NCBI GenBank assembly: GCA_002698305.1
Contig: NZWR01000005.1
Location: 2,047 to 66,046, forward strand
Source of the DNA: Candidatus Campbellbacteria bacterium
Lineage (GTDB): Bacteria > Patescibacteriota > Minisyncoccia > Phycocordibacterales > UBA1006
DNA length: 64,000 nt
Direction: 5' to 3'
Shown here piece by piece: positions 56,196-64,000 of this stretch (its first letter is position 1; each line of letters begins with the position of its first letter). Made by a program: the position numbers and the translations under genes. The notes below the pieces were generated by a model that was not told the DNA's origin, searched no databases, and saw only the letters and a list, made by a program, of their open reading frames with translations.

Positions 56196-56864
56196 ATGAA
56201 AAGAGCACTTAATACTGGAATTTATGAACGAACGGGGTCTGATTATTTATCACCTCAATCATTTTATGTGGCCTTAGCGCTATCTGTTATATGGGGCCTC
56301 GTTGCGACAGCTGTTGCTGGCTACTATTCTTTGAAAAGTGGCTATAACCCAACTTCATGGGTTGAAGTTCTATTAATTGGATTAGGTATTCCTCTTTTTG
56401 GAATATTTATCTCTTTGAAGAATAGCAATCCAATTATCTCATTCCTTGGATACCAGTTGGTATGTATTCCGTTTGGAATCATTCTTGCACCAACACTGCA
56501 ACAATATAGTCCTGACGTTGTAGTAAATGCATTAAGTATCACTGCCGGAATAACTTTTGTAATGGGTATGGCCGGATCTATTTTCCCAAATATTTTCAGT
56601 AAATTAGGCGCACCATTGTTTCTTGCACTTGCATGTCTTGTGTTAATAAGAATTCTTCAGATATTCATTCCTGAATTAGATTTTACATGGATTGATTATA
56701 TTAGTGCAGGAATTTTCAGTTTATATATAGGTTATGATATGTACCGAGCTAGTGAAGTACCAAAGACACTGGATAATGCTATTGATTTAAGTGTACAACT
56801 ATATTTAGATATCATTAATCTTTTTCTTTCTGTTTTAAGAATACTAGGAAGAAGCAATGATTAA
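56196..56864 (+). CDS. Bax inhibitor-1/YccA family membrane protein
   Basis: 7-TM layout and C-terminal QLYLDIINLFLSVLRILG signature. Confidence 0.6.
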   Translation: MKRALNTGIYERTGSDYLSPQSFYVALALSVIWGLVATAVAGYYSLKSGYNPTSWVEVLLIGLGIPLFGIFISLKNSNPIISFLGYQLVCIPFGIILAPTLQQYSPDVVVNALSITAGITFVMGMAGSIFPNIFSKLGAPLFLALACLVLIRILQIFIPELDFTWIDYISAGIFSLYIGYDMYRASEVPKTLDNAIDLSVQLYLDIINLFLSVLRILGRSND

Positions 56865-56931
56865 ATATGAATACCCGATCTTTTTTAGGTTGGGTATTTT
56901 ATTTTTATTAAATACGATATAGTTAATAGGT

Positions 56932-57345
56932 ATGGAACATGAAGAAAAAAAGATTGAAGAAAATTTTGAAGTAGAAAAAGTAGTTGAAGTAGAACCAGCA
57001 GTTGCGCCAGTTATGACAACTAAGGACTGGTTGTGGACTCTGATTCTCATTTCTCTACCGATTGTTAATGTTATAGCAGTTATCGTGTGGCTTACCAGCG
57101 ACACGACAAATAAGAATAAAAAGAATTTTGCTCTTGCCTCAATTATTTTGATGGTGATTGGGTTTATCCTTTCAATTATTTTTAGTGCGGTACTAATGAA
57201 CTTTGTTCAAAATCAAATGACATATAATCTTGAGTCATATCAAGAATTTGAACAGATTGATTTTGATAATATGCAGGAATTTGAATCATCAACAAACACA
57301 ACGTTAGAAATGGATTATGATAACATCAGAGTAATTGGTGAATAA
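56932..57345 (+). CDS. hypothetical two-TM membrane protein
   Basis: 137 aa; acidic N- and C-termini; a fragment copy lies at 57968..58015. Confidence 0.5.
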   Translation: MEHEEKKIEENFEVEKVVEVEPAVAPVMTTKDWLWTLILISLPIVNVIAVIVWLTSDTTNKNKKNFALASIILMVIGFILSIIFSAVLMNFVQNQMTYNLESYQEFEQIDFDNMQEFESSTNTTLEMDYDNIRVIGE

Positions 57346-57359
57346 TATTTAAACCAATA

Positions 57360-57389
57360 AAAAAGCCTGTTCAGAACGAACAGGCTTTT
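57360..57389 (+). terminator. rho-independent terminator
   Basis: AGCCTGTTC agaac GAACAGGCT plus T-run. Confidence 0.8.
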
Positions 57390-57556
57390 GTCATGCACAC
57401 GATGGATGTACATGCTGAGAACCCTTTCTATACATATTAACTAACTTAAATTTCAATTATGAAAATGAAGGGGAGTCTCAGATAAAAAGAAGAGCTTTAT
57501 TTCTATCATATACTAATTTTATTTAAAATAAATAGTCGTGTTATTATAGAACAGCA

Positions 57557-57949
57557 ATGTTTATTCACGAAAAAGAAATTAGAAACCTTGATTTACCATT
57601 AGGTGAGTATGCAGTATTTGGAAGTGGGCCAATGGCAGTACGTGATATACGTGACGCTACTGATGCTGATATTCTTGTGAGTCAAAAGTTGTGGAACCAT
57701 CTTGTAAATATGTATTCTGAAAACCTCACCAGCAATCCGCAATCTATTAGAATAGGCAATATTGAGATCTTTAAACAGTGGATTATTGGTGGGGTTATGT
57801 ACCCAGCAGATGAAATAATTAAAACAGCAGAAATAATTGATGGTATTGCCTTTGCAAATTTAAATTGGGTACGTAAATGGAAGTCTCAGGGATTTAGAGA
57901 AAAAGATCTAGAGGATGTGAAATTGATAGATTCTTATCTAAAAAAATAA
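57557..57949 (+). CDS. nucleotidyltransferase-fold protein (MNT-like)
   Basis: FGSGPMAVRDIRDATDADILV carries the GS...DxD signature. Confidence 0.5.
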   Translation: MFIHEKEIRNLDLPLGEYAVFGSGPMAVRDIRDATDADILVSQKLWNHLVNMYSENLTSNPQSIRIGNIEIFKQWIIGGVMYPADEIIKTAEIIDGIAFANLNWVRKWKSQGFREKDLEDVKLIDSYLKK

Positions 57950-57967
57950 TCAGCAGAAATAAAATGA

Positions 57968-58015
57968 AAAAACTATGCTCTTGCTTCAACTATTTTGAGT
58001 ATAGTTATGGTGTAA
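57968..58015 (+). pseudogene. fragment related to the 56932..57345 gene
   Basis: 57976..57998 matches 57129..57151 at 21/23; translates KNYALASTILSIVMV versus KNFALASIILMVIG; preceded by an in-frame TGA. Confidence 0.5.
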
Positions 58016-58026
58016 TTTACAGAATT

Positions 58027-58052
58027 AAAAAACAACTACATAGTTGTTTTAT
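58027..58052 (+). terminator. rho-independent terminator
   Basis: AACAACTA ca TAGTTGTT with A and T runs. Confidence 0.65.
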
Positions 58053-58109
58053 TTAATTTTTACATAGGTTTTTTACAGTACTGTGCTACTCTTGGGCAAG
58101 CAACAATCT

Positions 58110-59663
58110 ATGAACAATACTATTACAACATTTGAAGAGCTTGGATTATCTCAGCACTTACTCACAGCTTTGGAAAAAAAGGGTTACGAAAAACCGAGCC
58201 CAATCCAGGCTGGAGTTATTCCGCTCCTCCTCAGCGGTAATAAAGATATCATTGGGCAAGCTAAAACAGGTACTGGTAAAACGGCTGCTTTTGCATTACC
58301 GCTTCTTGAGATGATTGATTCTCAGAAAAATGAGATCCAGGCCATTGTTATGGCACCAACCAGAGAACTTGCGATTCAGGTCGCAGAGGAGATTCAGTCG
58401 TTTGTTGTTGAAACGCCAGTAACCGTTCAAACAATTTACGGAGGAAATCCTATGCGAACAGAAATTCAAGGTATTAAACGAAAACCAGCCATTGTAGTAG
58501 GTACACCGGGGCGAATACAGCATCACATCCGAACTAATGTTTTAAAATTGGGAACTGTAAAATACTTTATTCTTGATGAGGCTGATGAAATGCTTAATTT
58601 CGGATTTAGAAAAGAAATTGAATCAATTCTTGCTCTGACATCTGAAAATAGACGCGTATTATTATTTTCGGCAACCATGCCGAAAAGTATTCTTGAGATT
58701 GCAAAAAATCACATGGGTGAATATGATACGGTGAAAATTGAGTCAAAGGAAATGACCAATAATGATATTACTCAGAAATATTTTTGTATTCAAAATTCAG
58801 ATCGAATCGAAGCATTAGCTCGTATTATGGCTGCTGAATCTCATTTCTACGCCATTGTGTTTTGTCGTACCAAACGAGAAACTGACAAGGTAGCAGCAGA
58901 GTTACGCGGGAAGCAACTGCGTGTCGAAGCCATTCATGGAGATATTGATCAAAAAGCCAGACAAAATATTTTGCAAAGATTTAAATCTGGGATGACCAAA
59001 ATATTAGTTGCGACTGATGTTGCAGCGCGCGGTATTGATATCGCAGAACTCAACTATGTGGTCAATTTCTCACTTCCTGAAGGTTATGAAATTTATACCC
59101 ACCGCATCGGACGCACCGGAAGAGCTGGGAATAAGGGAACAGCAGTAACCTTCCTGCAAGGAAATGAGCTAGGTCGTCTAAGGTATTTCGAAAAGAATCT
59201 TGGTACTAAACTAGAAAAAGGAATATTGCCTGATGCTATGACTATTGTAGAGCATAAAAAAGGACAATTAATTGAAAATATTGAGCACACTTTGAATAAT
59301 GAAAGCTTAATATCAATCAAGCCTATAGCTGAATCATTACTAGAAGAAGGAGATCCTGTGGAGGTGATATCTGCACTTTTGCACAGTATCTATGGTGATG
59401 AATTTAATCCGCACACCTATACGACCATTCATGAAGATAAGGCTTCATCTGGTAGGTCAAGATCTGGGGGTAACAATAGTCGTGGTGGGTCAGCTAGAGG
59501 AAGGGCCAGATCAAACGGTGGACGTAAGAAGGTTGGTAGCAAGAGCTATGGATCTCGGCCTCGAACTAATATTGGTTCACAACACAGAACTGCTAAAAAG
59601 GGTTCAGGAAATAGCAAAGGATTAAAATTAGGAAAGCGCGGAAAAAACGCGTATAAAAAATAA
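58110..59663 (+). CDS. DEAD-box ATP-dependent RNA helicase with RG/K-rich tail
   Basis: Q motif, AKTGTGKT, DEAD in ILDEADEML, SAT, HRIGRTGRAG; start moved to ATG 58110. Confidence 0.9.
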   Translation: MNNTITTFEELGLSQHLLTALEKKGYEKPSPIQAGVIPLLLSGNKDIIGQAKTGTGKTAAFALPLLEMIDSQKNEIQAIVMAPTRELAIQVAEEIQSFVVETPVTVQTIYGGNPMRTEIQGIKRKPAIVVGTPGRIQHHIRTNVLKLGTVKYFILDEADEMLNFGFRKEIESILALTSENRRVLLFSATMPKSILEIAKNHMGEYDTVKIESKEMTNNDITQKYFCIQNSDRIEALARIMAAESHFYAIVFCRTKRETDKVAAELRGKQLRVEAIHGDIDQKARQNILQRFKSGMTKILVATDVAARGIDIAELNYVVNFSLPEGYEIYTHRIGRTGRAGNKGTAVTFLQGNELGRLRYFEKNLGTKLEKGILPDAMTIVEHKKGQLIENIEHTLNNESLISIKPIAESLLEEGDPVEVISALLHSIYGDEFNPHTYTTIHEDKASSGRSRSGGNNSRGGSARGRARSNGGRKKVGSKSYGSRPRTNIGSQHRTAKKGSGNSKGLKLGKRGKNAYKK

Positions 59664-59668
59664 CGATG

Positions 59669-59696
59669 TGCTTGAGATCGGACCTCAAGCATTTTT
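59669..59696 (+). terminator. rho-independent terminator
   Basis: TGCTTGAG atcggac CTCAAGCA plus T-run. Confidence 0.8.
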
Positions 59697-59755
59697 ATAT
59701 ATACACCTTTGTTATACTCTAAGAATAGTAAAACATTAGCTACGAAAAGAATAAT

Positions 59756-60292
59756 ATGAAATTCATCACCGGAAACAAAAACAAATATAAAGAAATGCTC
59801 TCTGTTTTACCTGAACTAGAGCAAGTTGATATAGATATTCCCGAGATACAAGAGCTTGATGGTAAAAAGGTAATCGAAGCAAAAATCCATGAAACCAAGA
59901 AATACTTGAAAGATAATGAAGAGTTTATTGTTGAAGATACATCGTTAGTAATTAATGAGATGAATGGAATGCCAGGGCCTCTTATTAAATGGTTTTTAAA
60001 ATCATTAGGGCTTGAAGGTATATGGAACCTTGCAAAAAATCTCAACGACAAATCAGCAGTAGCTACAGTAATTATTGGATATTATTCTGTCGATGGCCTA
60101 ATTAGTTTTTTTGAAGCTCAGATAGAAGGTCATATCTGTGAGCCGCGCGGTGAAGGCTTCGGTTGGGATTCATTATTTATCCCTAAGGGCTCAGATAAAA
60201 GTTTTGGGGAAATGACTTATAAAGAAAAATCTGAATTTAATGCACGCATACGGGCTGCGAAAGAGTTACAAAAATATAGAGATAAAAAATAA
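59756..60292 (+). CDS. rdgB: non-canonical purine NTP pyrophosphatase (RdgB/HAM1 family)
   Basis: KFITGNKNKYKE start, VEDTSL, GFGWDSLF. Confidence 0.8.
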   Translation: MKFITGNKNKYKEMLSVLPELEQVDIDIPEIQELDGKKVIEAKIHETKKYLKDNEEFIVEDTSLVINEMNGMPGPLIKWFLKSLGLEGIWNLAKNLNDKSAVATVIIGYYSVDGLISFFEAQIEGHICEPRGEGFGWDSLFIPKGSDKSFGEMTYKEKSEFNARIRAAKELQKYRDKK

Positions 60293-60511
60293 CCCCCAGG
60301 AATAGCCTAGGGGTTTTAGTGAGCAACCAAATTAACCATCACAAGGATACTCACTAGTGCAGCTTAAGTTCAACCAACAAACAAAAAACTACTATTGAAT
60401 TAAAAGCTACTGATAACATATTTTAGATTTATTAACACTTTAAATCGAAGGTGAAACCAGTAGCTTTGTTTATCTCAATAATATCTATTTTATGCTAATG
60501 AGCAAGGTTTT

Positions 60512-60520
60512 TGCTATACT
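60512..60520 (+). promoter_or_regulatory. extended -10 TGcTATACT, leaderless spacing
   Basis: 6 nt to ATG 60527. Confidence 0.55.
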
Positions 60521-60526
60521 ACAAAC

Positions 60527-61243
60527 ATGGAAGAATTTAAAAAAGACTATTCTCATTTATCAGCACTGTATATAAACACCACCCTGAAAAAGAGCCCTAG
60601 ACAAAGCCATACTGATGGATTAATGGGGTTATCAAAATCTATTATGGATGCCAACGGTGTTTCAACTGAAATTATCCGGCTAGTTGATCATAATGTTGCG
60701 CCTGGAGTATATCCTGATATGACTAAACATGGAGTCGAATCAGATGAGTGGCCAGAACTATTCAATAAAATAGCAGCAGCTGATATTTTGGTTATTGGAA
60801 CACCGATCTGGCTAGGTGAAAAAAGTAGTGAATGTACTAAACTAATCGAGCGATTGTATGCACACAGCAGTGAGAAGAACGACAAAGATCAATACTTTTA
60901 TTATGGCAAAGTTGGGGGAGCTCTCATTACCGGAAATGAAGATGGGGTGAAGCATTGTGCAATGAGCATCTTGTATGCTCTTCAGCACATTGGCTACACG
61001 ATTCCCCCGCAGGCTGACGCTGGGTGGATAGGCGCTATTGGGCCAGGACCAAGCTACTGCGACGAAGAGAGTGGGGGACCAGAAAATGATTTCACTAACA
61101 GGAACACTACTTTTATGACATGGAATTTGATGCATATGGCAGCACTACTAAAAGATAATGGCGGAATACCAGCTCATGGTAATCAGAAATCAGCATGGGA
61201 AAATGGTGAGTCAATGGATTTTCCAAATCCTGAATATAGATAA
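60527..61243 (+). CDS. flavodoxin-fold NAD(P)H-dependent FMN reductase family protein
   Basis: ALYINTTLKKSP... and ADILVIGTPIWLGEKSS pattern. Confidence 0.65.
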   Translation: MEEFKKDYSHLSALYINTTLKKSPRQSHTDGLMGLSKSIMDANGVSTEIIRLVDHNVAPGVYPDMTKHGVESDEWPELFNKIAAADILVIGTPIWLGEKSSECTKLIERLYAHSSEKNDKDQYFYYGKVGGALITGNEDGVKHCAMSILYALQHIGYTIPPQADAGWIGAIGPGPSYCDEESGGPENDFTNRNTTFMTWNLMHMAALLKDNGGIPAHGNQKSAWENGESMDFPNPEYR

Positions 61244-61245
61244 TT

Positions 61246-61527
61246 ATGAATAAAGAAAATAAAACAACAACAGAAGAAGTTAGCGATGCAGACATTCAGG
61301 ACGAGCTTGTACATGAGATTGAAGAATTAAAAGAGGAAGTTCATAAACAAAATTCTTTCATGAGAGGGTTTTGGGGGGGTATTATCAGAGGGGTAGGATA
61401 TGCAATTGGTGCCACATTATTGTTTGGACTCTTGATAACTATTTTGGCGTATATTGTGCGAACATCTGATGCAAGCTGGGTTCAAAGCTTGGCAGACTGG
61501 GTTCAATTAGATGAGGTTATTGATTAG
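61246..61527 (+). CDS. small membrane protein
   Basis: 93 aa, acidic coiled N-terminus; Gly-rich TM FWGGIIRGVGYAIGATLLFGLLITILAYI. Confidence 0.5.
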   Translation: MNKENKTTTEEVSDADIQDELVHEIEELKEEVHKQNSFMRGFWGGIIRGVGYAIGATLLFGLLITILAYIVRTSDASWVQSLADWVQLDEVID

Positions 61528-61531
61528 CTAT

Positions 61532-62311
61532 ATGAAAAAATTACTGAGTATATTAAATGTAATAGTAGTTCTTGGAACTATTTACTGGAATTATTTCATC
61601 GCACAAAATGGCATTAATGGAAATACTATTACAGAAATTAGCAGTATGTATAGTTCAGCATTAACACCAGCAAGCTACGCATTTTCGATATGGGGACTTA
61701 TCTTTGCTGGATTATTATTGTACGCAGCATACTACGTCTATAGAGCATTTGTTAAAAAAAATGTAACAAATATTGAGGCAAAAGAAATAGTCCTGGTTAC
61801 GCTTGTGAATATTGGTAATATTTTTTGGTCATACGTAAATCTTAGTGAATGGATTGGCTGGTCAGTTTTGATTTTAGCAGGTATGACGTATTTGCTATAC
61901 AAAGCTATTCAAAATTCTAATATAGGTCGCTATGATGCTTCTACACAAATAATTACTTGTGTCTGGTGGCCAATTGGATTATATGGAGGGTGGACACTGG
62001 CTGCTACATTTGCAAACCTTGGACAATATTTAGATTTCGTAGGATGTGACAATCTTTGTATAAATTCACTCGCATATGCTTATATAGCATTGATTATTCT
62101 TGCTGTCGTATATATGTATGTTCTCATAAAGCATAATTTACGTATCACTGTTATGGTTGGGGTGTGGGCAACAACAGCAGTAGGTTTTGCAAATTACCCT
62201 GATAACTTTTTACTAAGCTTGTTTGCATGGATTTGTGCACTTGCTCTTTGCATTCTCGCTGCTTTGCATGCGTATAAAAATAGAAAAACTCTACCTTTTC
62301 TAAGGAAATAA
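61532..62311 (+). CDS. polytopic membrane protein (possibly TspO/MBR-related)
   Basis: Start moved to ATG 61532, after the previous stop; LTPASYAFSIWGLIF and Trp-rich TM helices. Confidence 0.4.
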   Translation: MKKLLSILNVIVVLGTIYWNYFIAQNGINGNTITEISSMYSSALTPASYAFSIWGLIFAGLLLYAAYYVYRAFVKKNVTNIEAKEIVLVTLVNIGNIFWSYVNLSEWIGWSVLILAGMTYLLYKAIQNSNIGRYDASTQIITCVWWPIGLYGGWTLAATFANLGQYLDFVGCDNLCINSLAYAYIALIILAVVYMYVLIKHNLRITVMVGVWATTAVGFANYPDNFLLSLFAWICALALCILAALHAYKNRKTLPFLRK

Positions 62312-62337
62312 AGGAATCGCCATAAGTGTTATTGCAT

Positions 62338-62376
62338 AAATACTTAACATGTTTATAATAAACATGTTAAGTATTT
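62338..62376. promoter_or_regulatory. 39-bp perfect palindrome, candidate MarR operator overlapping a TATAAT
   Basis: AAATACTTAACATGTTTAT a ATAAACATGTTAAGTATTT; TATAAT at 62354..62359; 10 nt before marR ATG. Confidence 0.6.
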
Positions 62377-62386
62377 TAATTATTCT

Positions 62387-62830
62387 ATGAAATCGAAAAC
62401 AGGGAGCGAATTTAATATTATAAAAAAGATGTCTTTTCTTATTAATTCTTTCGAGCGAGAAGTGTTAAATAGATTAGATGAAAAGAGTATACCCATAACT
62501 CGTATACGATTTGGTATTTTATATCAGCTATCACAAGAAGGGTCGGTTGAACAAAAAGCACTAGCTGAGTGGAATAGTGTAACACCCCAAGCTGTCCACA
62601 GACACATACACTGGCTTGTGTCACATAACTATCTTAAAAAACAGATACACAAAAAAGATGGGCGCAAGTATGATCTTATTATTACTACAAAAGGGTTTCG
62701 TTTAATGAGTGAGTGTCATACAATAATAACAACAGTTACTCAAGATTTTTTCTCTAATCTGGATAAGAAAGAGAGAGCGCAATTGGACACATTGCTTGAT
62801 AAAACAAAATTTTATCCTTTTAACATTTAA
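62387..62830 (+). CDS. MarR family transcriptional regulator
   Basis: wHTH ILYQLSQEGSVEQKALAEWNSVTPQAVHRHIHWLVSHNYLKK...DGRKY. Confidence 0.8.
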   Translation: MKSKTGSEFNIIKKMSFLINSFEREVLNRLDEKSIPITRIRFGILYQLSQEGSVEQKALAEWNSVTPQAVHRHIHWLVSHNYLKKQIHKKDGRKYDLIITTKGFRLMSECHTIITTVTQDFFSNLDKKERAQLDTLLDKTKFYPFNI

Positions 62831-62833
62831 ATT

Positions 62834-64000
62834 ATGAAATTCAATAAAAAAATTAAAAAAAGATATCTTATAGGTGCATTGCTAGTGATTGTTGCCATTA
62901 TTGCTGGGGTAGTTTTTGCAAAGAAAAGCAATGAGCTTTCTCGTTACGTTGTCGGTAGCGCTGATGTTTCTGATGAGCTTATTTTGGCTGGTATTATTAA
63001 CGCAGAAGACCGAGTTGATCTTGGTTTTGCGAGCTCTGGAAGGGTGAAGTCAGTGAATGTAAAAGAAGGAGAACGTGTTCAAAAAGGACAAATTATTGCT
63101 GAAATCGAACAAAATAGACTGGCTGCAGATTTAAATCAAGCTCAGGCAAATTTAAATTTTGTTCAAGCTGATGTTCAAGCAGAACAAGAGCAATCACGAG
63201 TGGAAACTTCATTATTAACCAAAGCAGCACGCCTTCAAGAACAAAATAAAGTAGTAGAAACAGCCTACCAAAATTTATTGAATAATGATTTGCAGGCATA
63301 TCCAACAGGAACTGAAAATAGAAATGTTGAGGCACCAGATATTTCAGGATCATATCAGGCAGATGAACAGGGTGAGTATATGCTTGAAATGTATAATTCT
63401 GGATCACGCTCAGGGTATTCCTTTAGGTTGTCTGGGTTAGAATCAGGTACCTATACTGCAGAAAACTATGCCCCTGGAAAACTTGGTGAACGAGGTTTAT
63501 TCGTAACCTTTGGTGAAGAGAGTAATTATGGAAATACTGATTGGGTGGTACCTATTCCAAATACACGATCAACAACATACCGTGCAGTAAAAAATGCATA
63601 TGATACAGCTGTTGCCACACGAGCTCGAATTGAAGCAGAATCAGAAACCTCGATTGTTGAAAATGCAGTAGCTGCAAATGCAAGTGACGAGCGAGAAGCG
63701 GCTCGAAGAGCCCAAGCTCGTGCTCAAGTAAATGCTGTCGCTGCACAGCTCGGTGATGGGAAGATTAGAGCACCATATTCTGGTATCGTAGGAAGAAATG
63801 ACCTTGTGGTAGGAGATATTGTTTCTGGATTTACACCATACGTTACAATGTTTAAGGATGAAGAAAAAATTCTTGAATTAAGTGTCCCTGAAATTTATAT
63901 CAATCGAGTTGAAGAGAATAATGAGGTGGCAATAAGCCTTGATGCCTATCCTGATGAAGAGTTTACAGGGACGGTTACTTCTATTGCTATCGTCGATACA
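62834..64000 (+). CDS. efflux adaptor (HlyD/MFP family), 3' end beyond window
   Basis: Not in the ORF track because it has no stop; my translation from ATG 62834 is open for 389 codons to the window end: MKFNKKIKKRYLIGALLVIV..., VKSVNVKEGERVQKGQIIA, IRAPYSGIVGRNDLVVGD; paralog of 9183..10688. Confidence 0.8.
   Translation, partial: MKFNKKIKKRYLIGALLVIVAIIAGVVFAKKSNELSRYVVGSADVSDELILAGIINAEDRVDLGFASSGRVKSVNVKEGERVQKGQIIAEIEQNRLAADLNQAQANLNFVQADVQAEQEQSRVETSLLTKAARLQEQNKVVETAYQNLLNNDLQAYPTGTENRNVEAPDISGSYQADEQGEYMLEMYNSGSRSGYSFRLSGLESGTYTAENYAPGKLGERGLFVTFGEESNYGNTDWVVPIPNTRSTTYRAVKNAYDTAVATRARIEAESETSIVENAVAANASDEREAARRAQARAQVNAVAAQLGDGKIRAPYSGIVGRNDLVVGDIVSGFTPYVTMFKDEEKILELSVPEIYINRVEENNEVAISLDAYPDEEFTGTVTSIAIVDT

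Noticed and set aside
60300-60526. Possible FMN riboswitch or other leader RNA upstream of the flavodoxin-fold reductase (9-nt inverted repeat 60404..60412 / 60458..60466, GGTGAAA word)
   Set aside because: It does not match the conserved RFN core as I remember it. The best promoter (TGcTATACT, 60512..60520) lies downstream of the structure, only 6 nt from the ATG.

Overview
Visibly AT-rich bacterial chromosome segment that reads cleanly in the standard code (long ORFs end in TGA, TAA or TAG). I found no rRNA and no CRISPR array. There are four tRNAs: Glu-CUC, Arg-CCU, Phe-GAA and Ile-GAU.

The right two thirds (about 25.5-64 kb) is mostly housekeeping. It carries a CHASE/PAS histidine kinase, the valS-prsW-hsp20 unit, tsaD, pheS/pheT, rplY, rpmE, prfA, a complete F1Fo ATP synthase operon (atpB-E-F-H-A-G-D-C), a DEAD-box helicase, an RdgB/HAM1-type pyrophosphatase, and a MarR regulator followed by an efflux adaptor that runs off the window. 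Shortened core enzymes (PheS 244 aa, ValS 732 aa, PheT without the OB insertion) suggest a reduced genome. So do the absence of Shine-Dalgarno sequences and the many -10 boxes placed 6-7 nt from the start codon. My inference, which I cannot prove from the window, is a Patescibacteria/CPR-like lineage.

The left 25.5 kb is accessory. Two diverged copies of a capsid-less integrative element sit on either side of a 0.9 kb core segment that holds tRNA-Glu and tRNA-Arg. Each copy has a ParB-nuclease/DNA-methyltransferase fusion, an overlapping TerS-like HTH gene, and a large serine recombinase behind a conserved leaderless promoter.

- **Copy 1** also has a large terminase. It has a LexA/CI-type autocleaving repressor co-transcribed with a SMODS-like nucleotidyltransferase and a SLATT-like 2TM protein, placed as rexAB is behind cI in lambda.
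- **Copy 2** lacks the terminase and the repressor. It carries a Bacteroidota-style M43 metalloprotease with a T9SS C-terminal sorting domain. At its very AT-rich end it has a four-gene cassette of three small wHTH-like proteins plus a HEPN(Rx6H)-wHTH protein.

The repressor operon and the wHTH/HEPN cassette are my best candidates for an undescribed defence system. Element boundaries are only partly resolved: I report att-like repeats and give alternative readings.
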